In this document: piece by piece, positions 9,835 to 19,009 of the stretch
How the letters are laid out: every line of letters begins with the position of its first letter
Numbering within the stretch: the stretch's first letter is position 1
NCBI GenBank assembly: GCA_041665545.1
Contig: JBAYIQ010000006.1
Coordinates: forward strand, 1 to 50,505
Length of the DNA stretch: 50,505 bases
Reading direction: 5' to 3'
Source of the DNA: Patescibacteria group bacterium
GTDB lineage: Bacteria; Patescibacteriota; Patescibacteriia; UBA1558; GWA2-36-10
Notes under the pieces: model-generated
The model's database searches: none
Seen by the model: only the letters and a program-made list of their open reading frames with translations
Told to the model about the DNA's origin: nothing
Program-made: the position numbers and the translations under genes

Positions 9835-10440
9835 ATGTATATTTCGTGGCATGGCAACAACTATTTTAAGATACAAAATAGTCAGCATAGCATTGTTTTG
9901 GACCCCTATTCTTTAGACAAAAATTTTAAGTATGGCAAAGCCAAAGGCGACGTGGCTATTTTTACTGATCCCCAAGGCGTGGAGGGTTGTAAGCTAGACG
10001 AAGAGGCCATGGTCATTGCTAGCGCTGGCGAGTATGAAACCAAGGATATTTTTGTTTATGGACTACAAACCAACGGTCATTTGATTTACTTAATTATCTT
10101 TGAAGATGTGCGTATTGCTTTCTTGGGTGAGTATGGCCATCAGCCCTTGACTGACAAAGATTTGGAGCTGGTCTCTGGCGCGGATATTTTGCTACTACCA
10201 GTTGGTGGTGGTGCCATGGCCAATGCCAAAGAAGCCAACAACATCATCGGACAGATAGAGCCCAGATTGGTCATCCCTAGCGCCTATCAAGTCAAGGAGT
10301 TAAAAAATAAAGCAGATGGCTTGGAGCTGTTTATCAAAGAGTTTGGCATTAAGCCCGAAGAGCATGACAAGTTCAAAGTCAGCGCTAGAGATTTGCCTCA
10401 AGATGATTTGAAATTAATAGTTTTAAAAGCCCAGGTATGA
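9835..10440 (+). CDS. MBL-fold / UPF0173-like hydrolase (tentative)
   Basis: 201-aa ORF. The N-terminus MYISWHGNNYFKIQ..IVLDPY resembles UPF0173-type metallo-hydrolases, but the metal motif is not clearly seen. Confidence 0.45.
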   Translation: MYISWHGNNYFKIQNSQHSIVLDPYSLDKNFKYGKAKGDVAIFTDPQGVEGCKLDEEAMVIASAGEYETKDIFVYGLQTNGHLIYLIIFEDVRIAFLGEYGHQPLTDKDLELVSGADILLLPVGGGAMANAKEANNIIGQIEPRLVIPSAYQVKELKNKADGLELFIKEFGIKPEEHDKFKVSARDLPQDDLKLIVLKAQV

Positions 10441-10769
10441 TAATTTTGCAAAATAACAAAAACAAAATTTATTTAACACTGGTTTTGTCGCTGGTAACTT
10501 TTATCGGACTGATCTTTGTCTGGCAGAAATTCAGTGTTTCCTCACAAGCGGCTCCAAAACCAGAAGTAAAAAATGATAATATCGAAGTCAGCTCTATTTC
10601 CCAAGATATTCAAAATAATCTGGAGCTAGCCAAGTTGCAATGGGAAAATATGCAGGATCAATTAGCAAAAAACCAAAAGCAACAAGAGCTATTTAATACC
10701 GCGCAAGAATATTTAAAAAATAAAGCATCTTCAACACCAACCAGTACAGCATCTAGTACTGCTAACTAA
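10437..10769 (+). CDS. membrane-anchored hypothetical protein
   Basis: 110 aa with one N-terminal TM segment. ATGA overlap with the upstream gene. Confidence 0.4.
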   Translation: MIILQNNKNKIYLTLVLSLVTFIGLIFVWQKFSVSSQAAPKPEVKNDNIEVSSISQDIQNNLELAKLQWENMQDQLAKNQKQQELFNTAQEYLKNKASSTPTSTASSTAN

Positions 10770-10786
10770 TAGTAGATAATAGTTTT

Positions 10787-13303
10787 ATGCCTAAAGTAAA
10801 ATCAACAAAACCAAAAGATAAAAAACCAGAGTCAAAAGATTTGGCAGTCATCGGTGATTCCCAAAACGGCGGTCGCATTGAGTCACTATCTTTGGTAGAG
10901 GAAATGCAAAGCTCTTACCTTGACTATGCTATGAGTGTCATAGTCTCTCGTGCTTTACCCGATGTCAGAGATGGCTTGAAGCCAGTACATCGTCGGATTT
11001 TGTATGCCATGTGGAGTGTCGGCCTGAAGCACAATGTCAAGTTCAGAAAATCAGCTACAGTTGTCGGTGAAGTGATGGGCAAATACCATCCGCATGGCGA
11101 CTCGGCTATTTATGACACTATGGCGCGCATGGCGCAAGATTTTGCTATGCGCTATACCCTAGTCAACGGCCAAGGAAACTTTGGCTCTATGGATGGTGAT
11201 AGACCAGCGGCCATGCGCTACACGGAAGCCAAGCTGGAAGCTTTGGCTGAAGAATTATTGCTTGATATTGATAGAAATACAGTTGATTTTGTGTCCAACT
11301 ATGATGGCAGTCACCAAGAGCCCAAAGTTTTGCCAGCCAAATTACCAAACTTATTGCTCAATGGCGCCACTGGTATTGCGGTTGGTATGTCAACGGCTAT
11401 TCCACCGCACAATTTGGGAGAATTGATTGATGCTATAGTTACAGTCATAGAAAATCCGGAAGCCACGATTGATGATTTGCTGGAGTTTGTCAAAGGACCG
11501 GATTATCCGACTGGCGGAGTGATCTACAACGCTGATGATATAAAAACTGTTTATGCTACGGGCCGTGGCGGTATTGTCTGTCGCGGAGAAGCGGAAATTA
11601 CCGAGACTAAGGCCGGTCAATATCAGATAGTGATCACTTCTATTCCTTTCCAAGTCAACAAAGCGACTTTACTGGAAAAAATTGCTCAGCTAGTCAAAGA
11701 CAAAAAATTAGATGGCATCAAGGATTTGCGCGATGAGTCAGACCGAGAGGGTGTGCGAGTAGTGATTGAGCTCAAAAAAGAAGCTTACCCGAAAAAAGTT
11801 TTGAACAATTTGTATAAGCATACTCAGCTACAAGAAACTTTTCATGTTAATATGTTGGCCTTGGTAGATGGCTTGCAACCTCGGGTACTGACTTTGAAAA
11901 ATATTTTGGAAGAATATATCAAACACCGCCAAGTAGTGGTAGTCAGACGCACGCAATTTGATCTGGACAAAGCCAAAGAGCGGGCGCATATTTTGGAGGG
12001 CTTGAATATTGCTCTGGATAAGATTGATATGGTGATCAAGACCATTCGCGCTTCCAAAGATAAAGAAGTGGCCAAAATCAACTTAATGACCAAGTTCAAA
12101 CTTTCTGAAAGACAGGCCCTAGCTATTTTGGAAATGCGTTTGCAGAATTTAGCCAACTTAGAAAGACTGAAAATTGAGCAAGAGTTGAAAGACAAATTGA
12201 AATTGATCAAAGAATTGTCGGCCATCTTAAGCAGTAAAGCCAAAGTATTGGGTATCATCAAAGATGAACTAAAAGATTTGCGTGCTCGTTTTGCTGATGA
12301 GCGTCGTACTAGAATAGTGAAATCGGCGGTCAATAAAATGAGTACCGAAGATTTGATTCCCAATGAATCCACAGTCATTACCTTAACGCACGATGGCTAC
12401 ATCAAGCGGGTGTCGCCAGAAATTTTCAAGACCCAAGGCCGAGGTGGCAAGGGAGTGATCGGACTGACTACCAAAGAGCAAGATGAGGTGCAATTATTTT
12501 TGGCTACCAACACTCACGCTGATTTGATGTTTTTCACCAGCAAGGGCAGGGTGTTTCAGCTCAAGGCCTATGAAGTGCCGGCTATGTCGCGGACTTCCAA
12601 AGGTCAAAATATTGTGAACTTTTTGCAATTATCTCCAGAAGAAAAAATTTCTTCAATTTTGCAGAGTGAAGATTTTTCAGCTTTCAAATATTTTGTCATG
12701 GTGACTCGTTTGGGTATTATAAAAAAAGTGGCTTTAGACCAACTGAGCAATGTCCGTCGTTCAGGACTCATTGCCATCAAACTAAAAGGTGATGATTCAT
12801 TGAATTGGGTCCAGCCATCCACTGGCAAAGACGAGATTATTTTGGTGACGGCCAATGGCCAGTCGATCAGATTCCGTGAAAAAGATGTGCGCGATATGGG
12901 ACGCAATGCCGCTGGTGTTCGTTCAGTGCGTTTCAAGAAAAACGACGAAGTAGTGGGCTTTGATATCATTGCCGAAGGCAAAGCCGGCAAAGACGAGCAA
13001 CTATTTGTCATTATGACTCATGGCTTTGGCAAGCGTACCTCACTGTCTGCCTACAAAGTGCAGGCCCGAGGCGGTTCGGGTATCAAGACCGCCCAAGTAA
13101 GCGCCAAGACTGGTACCATTGCTGGCGCGCGCATCATCAGTTCGCGAGTGGAGAGTGAAGATATTATCATCATCTCCAAAAAAGGCCAAGTCATTCGCTT
13201 GCCTATAAAAGCAGTCAGTATTTTGGGACGCGCCACCCAAGGTGTGCGTTTGATGCGTTTCAAAGATGCTGACGACAAAGTGTCGAATATTACATTTATA
13301 TAA
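10787..13303 (+). CDS. gyrA: DNA gyrase subunit A
   Basis: Motifs DGLKPVHRRILY, GKYHPHGD and AAMRYTEAKL (catalytic Tyr), plus a C-terminal beta-pinwheel. Confidence 0.97.
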   Translation: MPKVKSTKPKDKKPESKDLAVIGDSQNGGRIESLSLVEEMQSSYLDYAMSVIVSRALPDVRDGLKPVHRRILYAMWSVGLKHNVKFRKSATVVGEVMGKYHPHGDSAIYDTMARMAQDFAMRYTLVNGQGNFGSMDGDRPAAMRYTEAKLEALAEELLLDIDRNTVDFVSNYDGSHQEPKVLPAKLPNLLLNGATGIAVGMSTAIPPHNLGELIDAIVTVIENPEATIDDLLEFVKGPDYPTGGVIYNADDIKTVYATGRGGIVCRGEAEITETKAGQYQIVITSIPFQVNKATLLEKIAQLVKDKKLDGIKDLRDESDREGVRVVIELKKEAYPKKVLNNLYKHTQLQETFHVNMLALVDGLQPRVLTLKNILEEYIKHRQVVVVRRTQFDLDKAKERAHILEGLNIALDKIDMVIKTIRASKDKEVAKINLMTKFKLSERQALAILEMRLQNLANLERLKIEQELKDKLKLIKELSAILSSKAKVLGIIKDELKDLRARFADERRTRIVKSAVNKMSTEDLIPNESTVITLTHDGYIKRVSPEIFKTQGRGGKGVIGLTTKEQDEVQLFLATNTHADLMFFTSKGRVFQLKAYEVPAMSRTSKGQNIVNFLQLSPEEKISSILQSEDFSAFKYFVMVTRLGIIKKVALDQLSNVRRSGLIAIKLKGDDSLNWVQPSTGKDEIILVTANGQSIRFREKDVRDMGRNAAGVRSVRFKKNDEVVGFDIIAEGKAGKDEQLFVIMTHGFGKRTSLSAYKVQARGGSGIKTAQVSAKTGTIAGARIISSRVESEDIIIISKKGQVIRLPIKAVSILGRATQGVRLMRFKDADDKVSNITFI

Positions 13304-13306
13304 TTT

Positions 13307-13981
13307 ATGAATAAAAAGGGTCATAATTTTATATTTATTGATGAGTCTGGTGATCCTGGAAAACCATATAAGATTGATAATGCTGGTAATAAGGTACCAA
13401 CAGGAGCTAGTTTATTTTATATACTTTCAGCTATATGTATTGATACTAGCCAGTTATTTTTGGCAGAGCATGAAATAATGAGAGTCAAAAATAAATATGG
13501 TTTTAGAAATGAAATTAAAAGCACGACCATACCACTAGTTCTATATAAAGACCTTTTGAAAATAATCAACAAACTAGATGTGCAGGTGTATTATCGCTTG
13601 GTGGACAAGAAAAAATACACGGGTCAATTTGCTGTCTCTGGTAAAAGAAATTTACACAACATGTTTGATGAATATAATTTGGCTAAATTAGTAAAATTTG
13701 CTATACAAAAATGTAATCTTGACAATACAGAGGTGGTTATCGATCGGGCTGATCGCAGATTGTTGGATGGGGAGTTCATCAATTTTAATAAATATTTGAT
13801 GCACAAAGTGAACACTAAGACCATCAAAAGAATAAGCCATATTACGCATGTTGACTCAGAATATGTTAATGTTATGCAGATGTCGGATCTGATTAGTGGG
13901 GCCATAAAAGATAGTTTTACTGGGAAGAATAAAGATCTTAAGAAGATTATTAATAAAAATTTACTGCATAAAATTTGGTAA
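13307..13981 (+). CDS. DUF3800-like protein
   Basis: The N-terminal IFIDESGDPG motif is characteristic of DUF3800. 224 aa. Starts 3 nt after the gyrA stop. Very AT-rich. Confidence 0.55.
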   Translation: MNKKGHNFIFIDESGDPGKPYKIDNAGNKVPTGASLFYILSAICIDTSQLFLAEHEIMRVKNKYGFRNEIKSTTIPLVLYKDLLKIINKLDVQVYYRLVDKKKYTGQFAVSGKRNLHNMFDEYNLAKLVKFAIQKCNLDNTEVVIDRADRRLLDGEFINFNKYLMHKVNTKTIKRISHITHVDSEYVNVMQMSDLISGAIKDSFTGKNKDLKKIINKNLLHKIW

Positions 13982-14108
13982 AATAAAAAAGCGGGCACCC
14001 AGACCTGGGACACGCTTCAATTGAATATTATCACAATGATTATATTTGTCAAGTCATTGATGTCAATTATCTAATTTATTATATATTTTAGTTCACGATA
14101 TTAATAAA

Positions 14109-15122
14109 ATGAGCGAAAGAGTCATTTCAGCCGTAGAACAAAGCTCTGACAAAGTGCTAGACCTGACTTTGCGGCCACAAAATTTGCAAGACTATATTGG
14201 TCAGACTCAGGTCAAGGCCAATCTTGATATTGTTTTGCAGGCGGCCAAGGGAAGGCAGGAACCACTGGATCATGTCTTGCTCTATGGACCGCCGGGCTTG
14301 GGCAAAACTACTCTAGCGCACATCATAGCCCGCGAAATGGGCGCTGGTATCAAGGTGACTTCTGGCCCAGCTATTACCAAGGCCGGGGATTTGGCGGCCG
14401 TGATTACCAATTTACAGCCCGGTGATGTTTTGTTTATTGATGAAATACATCGTCTCAACAAAACCATTGAAGAGATACTTTATCCAGCCATGGAGGATTT
14501 TGCTTTGGATATTATTTTGGGCAAAGGTCCGTCAGCCCAGATATTGCGTTTGGATTTACCTAAGTTTACTTTGATTGGTGCTACTACCAGATACAACCTG
14601 CTGTCTTCGCCCCTGAGGGACAGGTTTGGCATGACTTTTCGTTTGGATTTTTATAGCCCTGAAGAGCTGGCTGATATTTTGAAGCGCTCCAGCCATATCC
14701 TGGGAGTGCAGATTGTACCCGAAGCTCGTAAAGAAATAGCTGATCGCAGTCGGGCTACGCCACGTATTGCCAATCGCATTTTGAAACGCGTGCGTGACTA
14801 TGCTCAGGTCAAGTCAGACGGCAATGTGTCAATTGATCTGACCAAAAAATCTTTAGACTTAATGGCGATTGATAAATACGGCTTAGATGATCTAGATCGT
14901 CGTTTGCTCAAAACCTTGATTGATAATTTTAAAGGCGGGCCAGTGGGCCTCAATACTCTAGCAGCCGCTATCCAAGAAGAAGCCGGCACTATTGAAGAGA
15001 TATTTGAACCCTATTTGATGCAACTGGGGTTTTTGGCGCGTACCGCCAAAGGTCGGGTGGCAACAGTGAGAGCTTATGAATATTTTGGATTGAAGGCGCC
15101 GGAGGATGGGAAGTTGTTTTAA
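14109..15122 (+). CDS. ruvB: Holliday junction branch-migration helicase RuvB
   Basis: Motifs [31 protein letters not shown] and a C-terminal winged helix. Confidence 0.97.
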   Translation: MSERVISAVEQSSDKVLDLTLRPQNLQDYIGQTQVKANLDIVLQAAKGRQEPLDHVLLYGPPGLGKTTLAHIIAREMGAGIKVTSGPAITKAGDLAAVITNLQPGDVLFIDEIHRLNKTIEEILYPAMEDFALDIILGKGPSAQILRLDLPKFTLIGATTRYNLLSSPLRDRFGMTFRLDFYSPEELADILKRSSHILGVQIVPEARKEIADRSRATPRIANRILKRVRDYAQVKSDGNVSIDLTKKSLDLMAIDKYGLDDLDRRLLKTLIDNFKGGPVGLNTLAAAIQEEAGTIEEIFEPYLMQLGFLARTAKGRVATVRAYEYFGLKAPEDGKLF

Positions 15123-15140
15123 GGAATTTTACAAAATATT

Positions 15141-15400
15141 TTTAGTGGGCCTTGTTTCAGGAAGGGAGGTGTGTCATGAAGAAGACATTTAGTTTGATTT
15201 GGGATCAGGTCAAGCAGTATCGTCGGGAAAGGCGGTATTTTGAGCACTATCTTGACAACATCATCAGAATCATGATGGGCATTAAACCCATCGACTATCG
15301 AGTCATCTCTCACCAGAACAGGCTTGTTCATTCCTCTTGGAGCAGTGATCGGCTGTTCTAGAAAGGAGGCCTCCACGGGGATTCCATAGAATCCCCTACG
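15141..15400 (+). other. GC-enriched mini-cassette A
   Basis: Composition shift right after the ruvB stop. SD GGGAGG lies 6 nt before the ATG at 15176. Hairpin GGGGATTC-cata-GAATCCCC at 15377-15396. Confidence 0.45.
15176..15361 (+). CDS. cassette A small ORF (61 aa), no recognised family
   Basis: MKKTFSLIWDQVKQYRRERRYFEHY... Preferred over the antisense 85-aa ORF because of its SD and spacing. Confidence 0.4.
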   Translation: MKKTFSLIWDQVKQYRRERRYFEHYLDNIIRIMMGIKPIDYRVISHQNRLVHSSWSSDRLF

Positions 15401-15452
15401 CTAAAAGTATTTTGTCATATTAATAATAAATGGATAAAATTATTTTAAAAGT

Positions 15453-15836
15453 ATGAATGAAGGCAGATTTATAAAAAATGAAAATCAGGAGCCAATCCTG
15501 ACATTCGAAGAATTCAGTAGGCCATGGCGATATGGCATACCCACACATAACAATTTCTTTAGGATATTTTCCGGACAGTGGGACACTCCCGCCGGGAGCG
15601 AGGACGTCAGTCAGGAGTTATTGGAAATGAAATTAAGAGATCCTAGATATATAAGCTACCAGAGATTTAGAGCAGAAAACTCACAACTAGATGCTGAATT
15701 GAGGCAGTTGGTGTCAGACTTGGATCCGGCTGGTAATATCAAGGTTTTTGAACAATCACTTCTGTCCGAAAAATTATATGAGGCATATAAAATAATGAGG
15801 GGATATGGAGTCTCAGGCCGCGATCTATTCATGTAA
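15453..15836 (+). CDS. hypothetical protein (127 aa)
   Basis: Clean ORF. No domain recognised. Confidence 0.45.
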   Translation: MNEGRFIKNENQEPILTFEEFSRPWRYGIPTHNNFFRIFSGQWDTPAGSEDVSQELLEMKLRDPRYISYQRFRAENSQLDAELRQLVSDLDPAGNIKVFEQSLLSEKLYEAYKIMRGYGVSGRDLFM

Positions 15837-15853
15837 TAAAATTATTTAAAAAT

Positions 15854-16489
15854 ATGGAGGATAAATTAATAGACGTTGGATTTTTGTACCCAGTTATTGA
15901 TGGTCAGATTTATGTAGGGCAAAGAGGCACAGAACCGCATCAAGGTTTTTATGGACCCATCGGCGGTAAATCGGAAAGTTACAATCCAAATGATCGGCCT
16001 TATATCAAGGAATATCCTGCCAAACCTCATATACCATATTCTGACATAATGGCTAAAGCCAGAGATAAAGAGTTTGGTCACTCTAGTGCTATCAGGGAAT
16101 TTTATGAAGAGGTTTTTCAAATTAAAACAGTACCATGGGATGAGGTGTCTAATATTTTTAAAATTGGAGCAATTACCGACACTTTTAATGATAAGATAAC
16201 TAATTGCCAATTTTATTTAGCTATGATTGATAGGAATAGTTTTGATTTGTCGCCTCGTGAATTAACAAATATTAGACCATTAGAAGAAATAAAAGTGGAA
16301 GAGTTGTATCCTTTGGCCATGGCCTCGTTGTTTGGATTAAAAAAAGTTTTTGCTAAAGGTGTAGTTAAAAAATTAGAGCCATACGCCTCATTAAATATTA
16401 TTAGCCAAATTCCAGACTTTGATAATAAGGGGATCAAACAGATTATGAAAAATAAAAACACATCAATTGAGGATTTAATGGTTTTGTAA
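15854..16489 (+). CDS. Nudix-like hydrolase (degenerate, split Nudix box)
   Basis: GPIGGKSES ... AIREFYEEVFQ resembles GX5EX7REUXEEXGU, but with a long insertion. Tentative. Confidence 0.35.
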   Translation: MEDKLIDVGFLYPVIDGQIYVGQRGTEPHQGFYGPIGGKSESYNPNDRPYIKEYPAKPHIPYSDIMAKARDKEFGHSSAIREFYEEVFQIKTVPWDEVSNIFKIGAITDTFNDKITNCQFYLAMIDRNSFDLSPRELTNIRPLEEIKVEELYPLAMASLFGLKKVFAKGVVKKLEPYASLNIISQIPDFDNKGIKQIMKNKNTSIEDLMVL

Positions 16490-16686
16490 AATTATTTTAA
16501 AAATATATTAAACACAGAATTAGTAATCGGCGGCAAGGACAGGTCATTACTAATTGATGCTTTATTTGAATTTGAAAATTAAATAAAAGAAATCAGGCCC
16601 CTCCCGAAGGAAAAGCCTGAAGCCGACGTGAGCCTAGACGGCCCACGGAGACGCTGGTAAGAGTGAAGTCGGGAGGCCGTGGCTGA

Positions 16687-16911
16687 CTACGGCTGGCTGA
16701 TCTGCACCGTGATGATGCCTTCCGAGTCAACATTTTGGATGTAGTCAATGTCGACCAAGAACTTGGCTACCAGAGGTTTCTTGCCCCACACCCCTGGTAT
16801 CTCGACCCCCGGCACTTCATCGGCCTGTAACCAGGCCTTGACCAGCTGGCCAGTCTTGAGCTTCAGAGTGTCACACCGATCGATGTAAATGGTCATGTAC
16901 GCTTGGGACAT
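16687..16911 (-). CDS. cassette D small ORF (74 aa), no recognised family
   Basis: Start trimmed to the ATG (complement of 16909-16911), 6 nt downstream of GAGGAGG. MSQAYMTIYIDRCDTLKLKTGQLV... Confidence 0.5.
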   Translation of the reverse strand: MSQAYMTIYIDRCDTLKLKTGQLVKAWLQADEVPGVEIPGVWGKKPLVAKFLVDIDYIQNVDSEGIITVQISQP

Positions 16912-16993
16912 GGAAAGCCTCCTCGGGAAACAACCCCTTTGGACGATTACCGGTCTTCTTACCAGAGGTGCTCGAAGAACTTTACGACATTTT

Positions 16994-17022
16994 ATCATAG
17001 CATATAAATAGAATATTGTCAA
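16994..17022 (-). promoter_or_regulatory. TTGACA-17-TATGAT promoter of cassette D
   Basis: TGTCAA at 17017-17022 and ATCATA at 16994-16999 on the plus strand. Confidence 0.6.
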
Positions 17023-17116
17023 TAGTGGGGGCAAGGGCAATCCTAACAAGTTGGAATAGACCCCAGGGCTTTCCCTATATAATCAAATTTATAATGTTTA
17101 AAAATTATTTAAGAAA

Positions 17117-17665
17117 ATGAAACCCAAACTACTCTTGCACGCTTGTTGTGCGCCATGCTCTATATATGTTTTGCAAAAATTGTCAGCTGACCACGAGGTG
17201 ACAATTTATTTTTATGATCCTAATATTCATCCGCGCCAAGAGTACAATCTGCGCCGTGATGAGTTGAAGAAATATGCTGAAAAATTCAAGATTGATTTTG
17301 TAGAAGGACCGTATGATAGCGCTAATTGGTTGGCGAGGACTAAGGGTTTGGAAAACGAGCCAGAAAGAGGTCAGCGCTGTGAAGTGTGTTTTGATATTCG
17401 TCTGGCCGAATCAGCCCGCTATGCTAAAAATAATAATTTTGATATCTGGACTACTGTCTTGTCGATAAGCCCGCACAAAGATGCTAAGCAGATCAATATG
17501 GTGGGTGAAAAAATTGCCGTCACAGTCGGCCTGCTATATATATCAGCCGATTGGAAGAAAAATGATGGCTTTAAAATAGCTGGCCAGTTATCTAAACAGG
17601 AAAATTTTTATCGGCAGGATTATTGCGGATGTATTTATTCGAAGAGGATTAATGAAAATAAGTAA
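17117..17665 (+). CDS. queH: epoxyqueuosine reductase QueH (DUF208)
   Basis: Motifs LLLHACCAPCS, GQRCEVCFDIRL and YRQDYCGCIYS. Confidence 0.85.
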   Translation: MKPKLLLHACCAPCSIYVLQKLSADHEVTIYFYDPNIHPRQEYNLRRDELKKYAEKFKIDFVEGPYDSANWLARTKGLENEPERGQRCEVCFDIRLAESARYAKNNNFDIWTTVLSISPHKDAKQINMVGEKIAVTVGLLYISADWKKNDGFKIAGQLSKQENFYRQDYCGCIYSKRINENK

Positions 17666-17668
17666 GCC

Positions 17669-17723
17669 GTCATCCCGCACTTGTTGCGGGATCTAGCAAG
17701 ATTCCTGCCTACGCAGGAATGAC
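17669..17723. repeat. GTCA...TGAC nested-palindrome element, copy R2 (55 bp)
   Basis: GTCA-TCCCGCActtgtTGCGGGA-TCTAGCAAGA-TTCCTGCctacGCAGGAA-TGAC, between queH and queA. Confidence 0.85.
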
Positions 17724-17729
17724 AAGCAT

Positions 17730-18767
17730 ATGAACATAAAATTATTTGATTACAATTTACCAGCTAAGCTCATTGCGCAAAAGCCGACTAGTCCTAGGGA
17801 TCATTCCCGCTTGTTTGTGTTTGATCGAATTAGCAAAAAAATACAGCATAAGCATTTTTATGATTTAGTAGACATATTAGGATCTAGTGATGTCTTGGTG
17901 CTCAATGAAACCAAAGTTTTTCCAGCCCGCCTCAAGGCCAAGAAAAAGACCGGCGGAATATTAGAAATATTTTTGTTGCAAGAACTGACGGCCGATAGTT
18001 ATCAAGTAATGGTCGGCGGTCGGCGCTTCGGTGTTGGTGATAAAATTGACTTTGCTCGCAATTTTTCAGGCTACTTCACAAAACAAGAAAAAGATAATAT
18101 TTGGCAGATTAAGTTCAATGTCTCAGGGCGGACTTTGGACAAAAAAATAGAGCAGTATGGACAGACGCCTTTGCCACCATATATCAAAGCGCATGATAAC
18201 AGCTTTGTCCGCCAGCGTTATCAGACTACTTATGCCAAAAACAGGGGATCAGTGGCTGCGCCGACCGCCGGACTGCATTTCACTCCTCAGCTATTGAAAA
18301 AATTACAGAAAAAAGGCGTCCAGATTTTCAAAGTCACTCTTCATGTGGGCTTAGGTACCTTTGCACCAGTGACCGCCACTGACATTACACAACATCATAT
18401 TCATAAAGAGTGGGCGGAGATAGATTTGCAGATCGCCAAACAACTAAATCAATTAAAAAAGCAGGGTAAAAATATCCTTGCTGTGGGCACAACCACGGCG
18501 CGAACTCTGGAAGCCATGACCAATAGCCGTGGCCAGCTTCAGAGCGGCAAAAGTTGGGTGGATATTTATATTTATCCGGGTTACAAATATCGTTTTGTTG
18601 ATGAATTGATTACTAACTTTCATTTGCCTAAGAGCTCGTTGCTGTTTATGGTCTCGGCTTTAGCTGGTAGGCAGAATATTATGAATTGCTATAATCTGGC
18701 TATCAAAAAAAAGTATCATTTCTTTTCTTTTGGCGATGCTATGTTTGTGACCAAAAATCGTTTCTAA
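17730..18767 (+). CDS. queA: S-adenosylmethionine:tRNA ribosyltransferase-isomerase QueA
   Basis: Motifs FDY.LP..LIAQ.P, PLPPYI, GSVAAPTAGLHFT and FFSFGDAM. Confidence 0.95.
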   Translation: MNIKLFDYNLPAKLIAQKPTSPRDHSRLFVFDRISKKIQHKHFYDLVDILGSSDVLVLNETKVFPARLKAKKKTGGILEIFLLQELTADSYQVMVGGRRFGVGDKIDFARNFSGYFTKQEKDNIWQIKFNVSGRTLDKKIEQYGQTPLPPYIKAHDNSFVRQRYQTTYAKNRGSVAAPTAGLHFTPQLLKKLQKKGVQIFKVTLHVGLGTFAPVTATDITQHHIHKEWAEIDLQIAKQLNQLKKQGKNILAVGTTTARTLEAMTNSRGQLQSGKSWVDIYIYPGYKYRFVDELITNFHLPKSSLLFMVSALAGRQNIMNCYNLAIKKKYHFFSFGDAMFVTKNRF

Positions 18768-18773
18768 AAACAA

Positions 18774-18798
18774 CACTACCGCCTGGTTGGCGGTAGTG
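18774..18798. terminator. 10-bp-stem hairpin CACTACCGCC-tggtt-GGCGGTAGTG
   Basis: Directly after the queA stop. The T-run is on the minus-strand side only. Confidence 0.4.
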
Positions 18799-19009
18799 CT
18801 TAGAAATCTTCCATGCTATGATATTCAATTGTCAGCAATATTTCAAGCTTTTCCATCAAGGACAACTATTATTTTTTTATTTAATCCCGGGCTGTGTGGC
18901 CTTTGGGATGTTTTAGTTATGCCTCATGGTCGCTCAAAATTGAGAATGAACTATAAACAGGGTTATTATAGCACATTTGGGCTTATTCAAAAAATTCAAC
19001 AGAAATTAT

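Larger units (their letters stand above)
16594..17085 (-). other. GC-rich mini-cassette D
   Basis: GC-rich block containing its own promoter (16994-17022), a ~75-nt leader, SD GAGGAGG, a 74-aa ORF and a 3' hairpin region (16594-16686). Confidence 0.6.

Noticed and set aside
11181-13324. ORFs within or antisense to gyrA (11181-11426, 11311-11493, 11390-11653, 11842-12378, 12604-13011, 13040-13324, 13051-13278)
   Set aside because: They are embedded in the well-supported gyrA reading frame and contain no recognisable motifs.
15119-15376. 85-aa minus-strand ORF over cassette A
   Set aside because: It has a GTG start with no SD and overlaps the ruvB stop. The plus-strand 61-aa ORF has GGGAGG at 6 nt. 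Confidence in either is modest.
16912-17049. N-terminal extension of the cassette D ORF (120-aa form)
   Set aside because: The extension would include the cassette's own -10 and -35 boxes. An internal ATG with GAGGAGG at 6 nt is a much better start.
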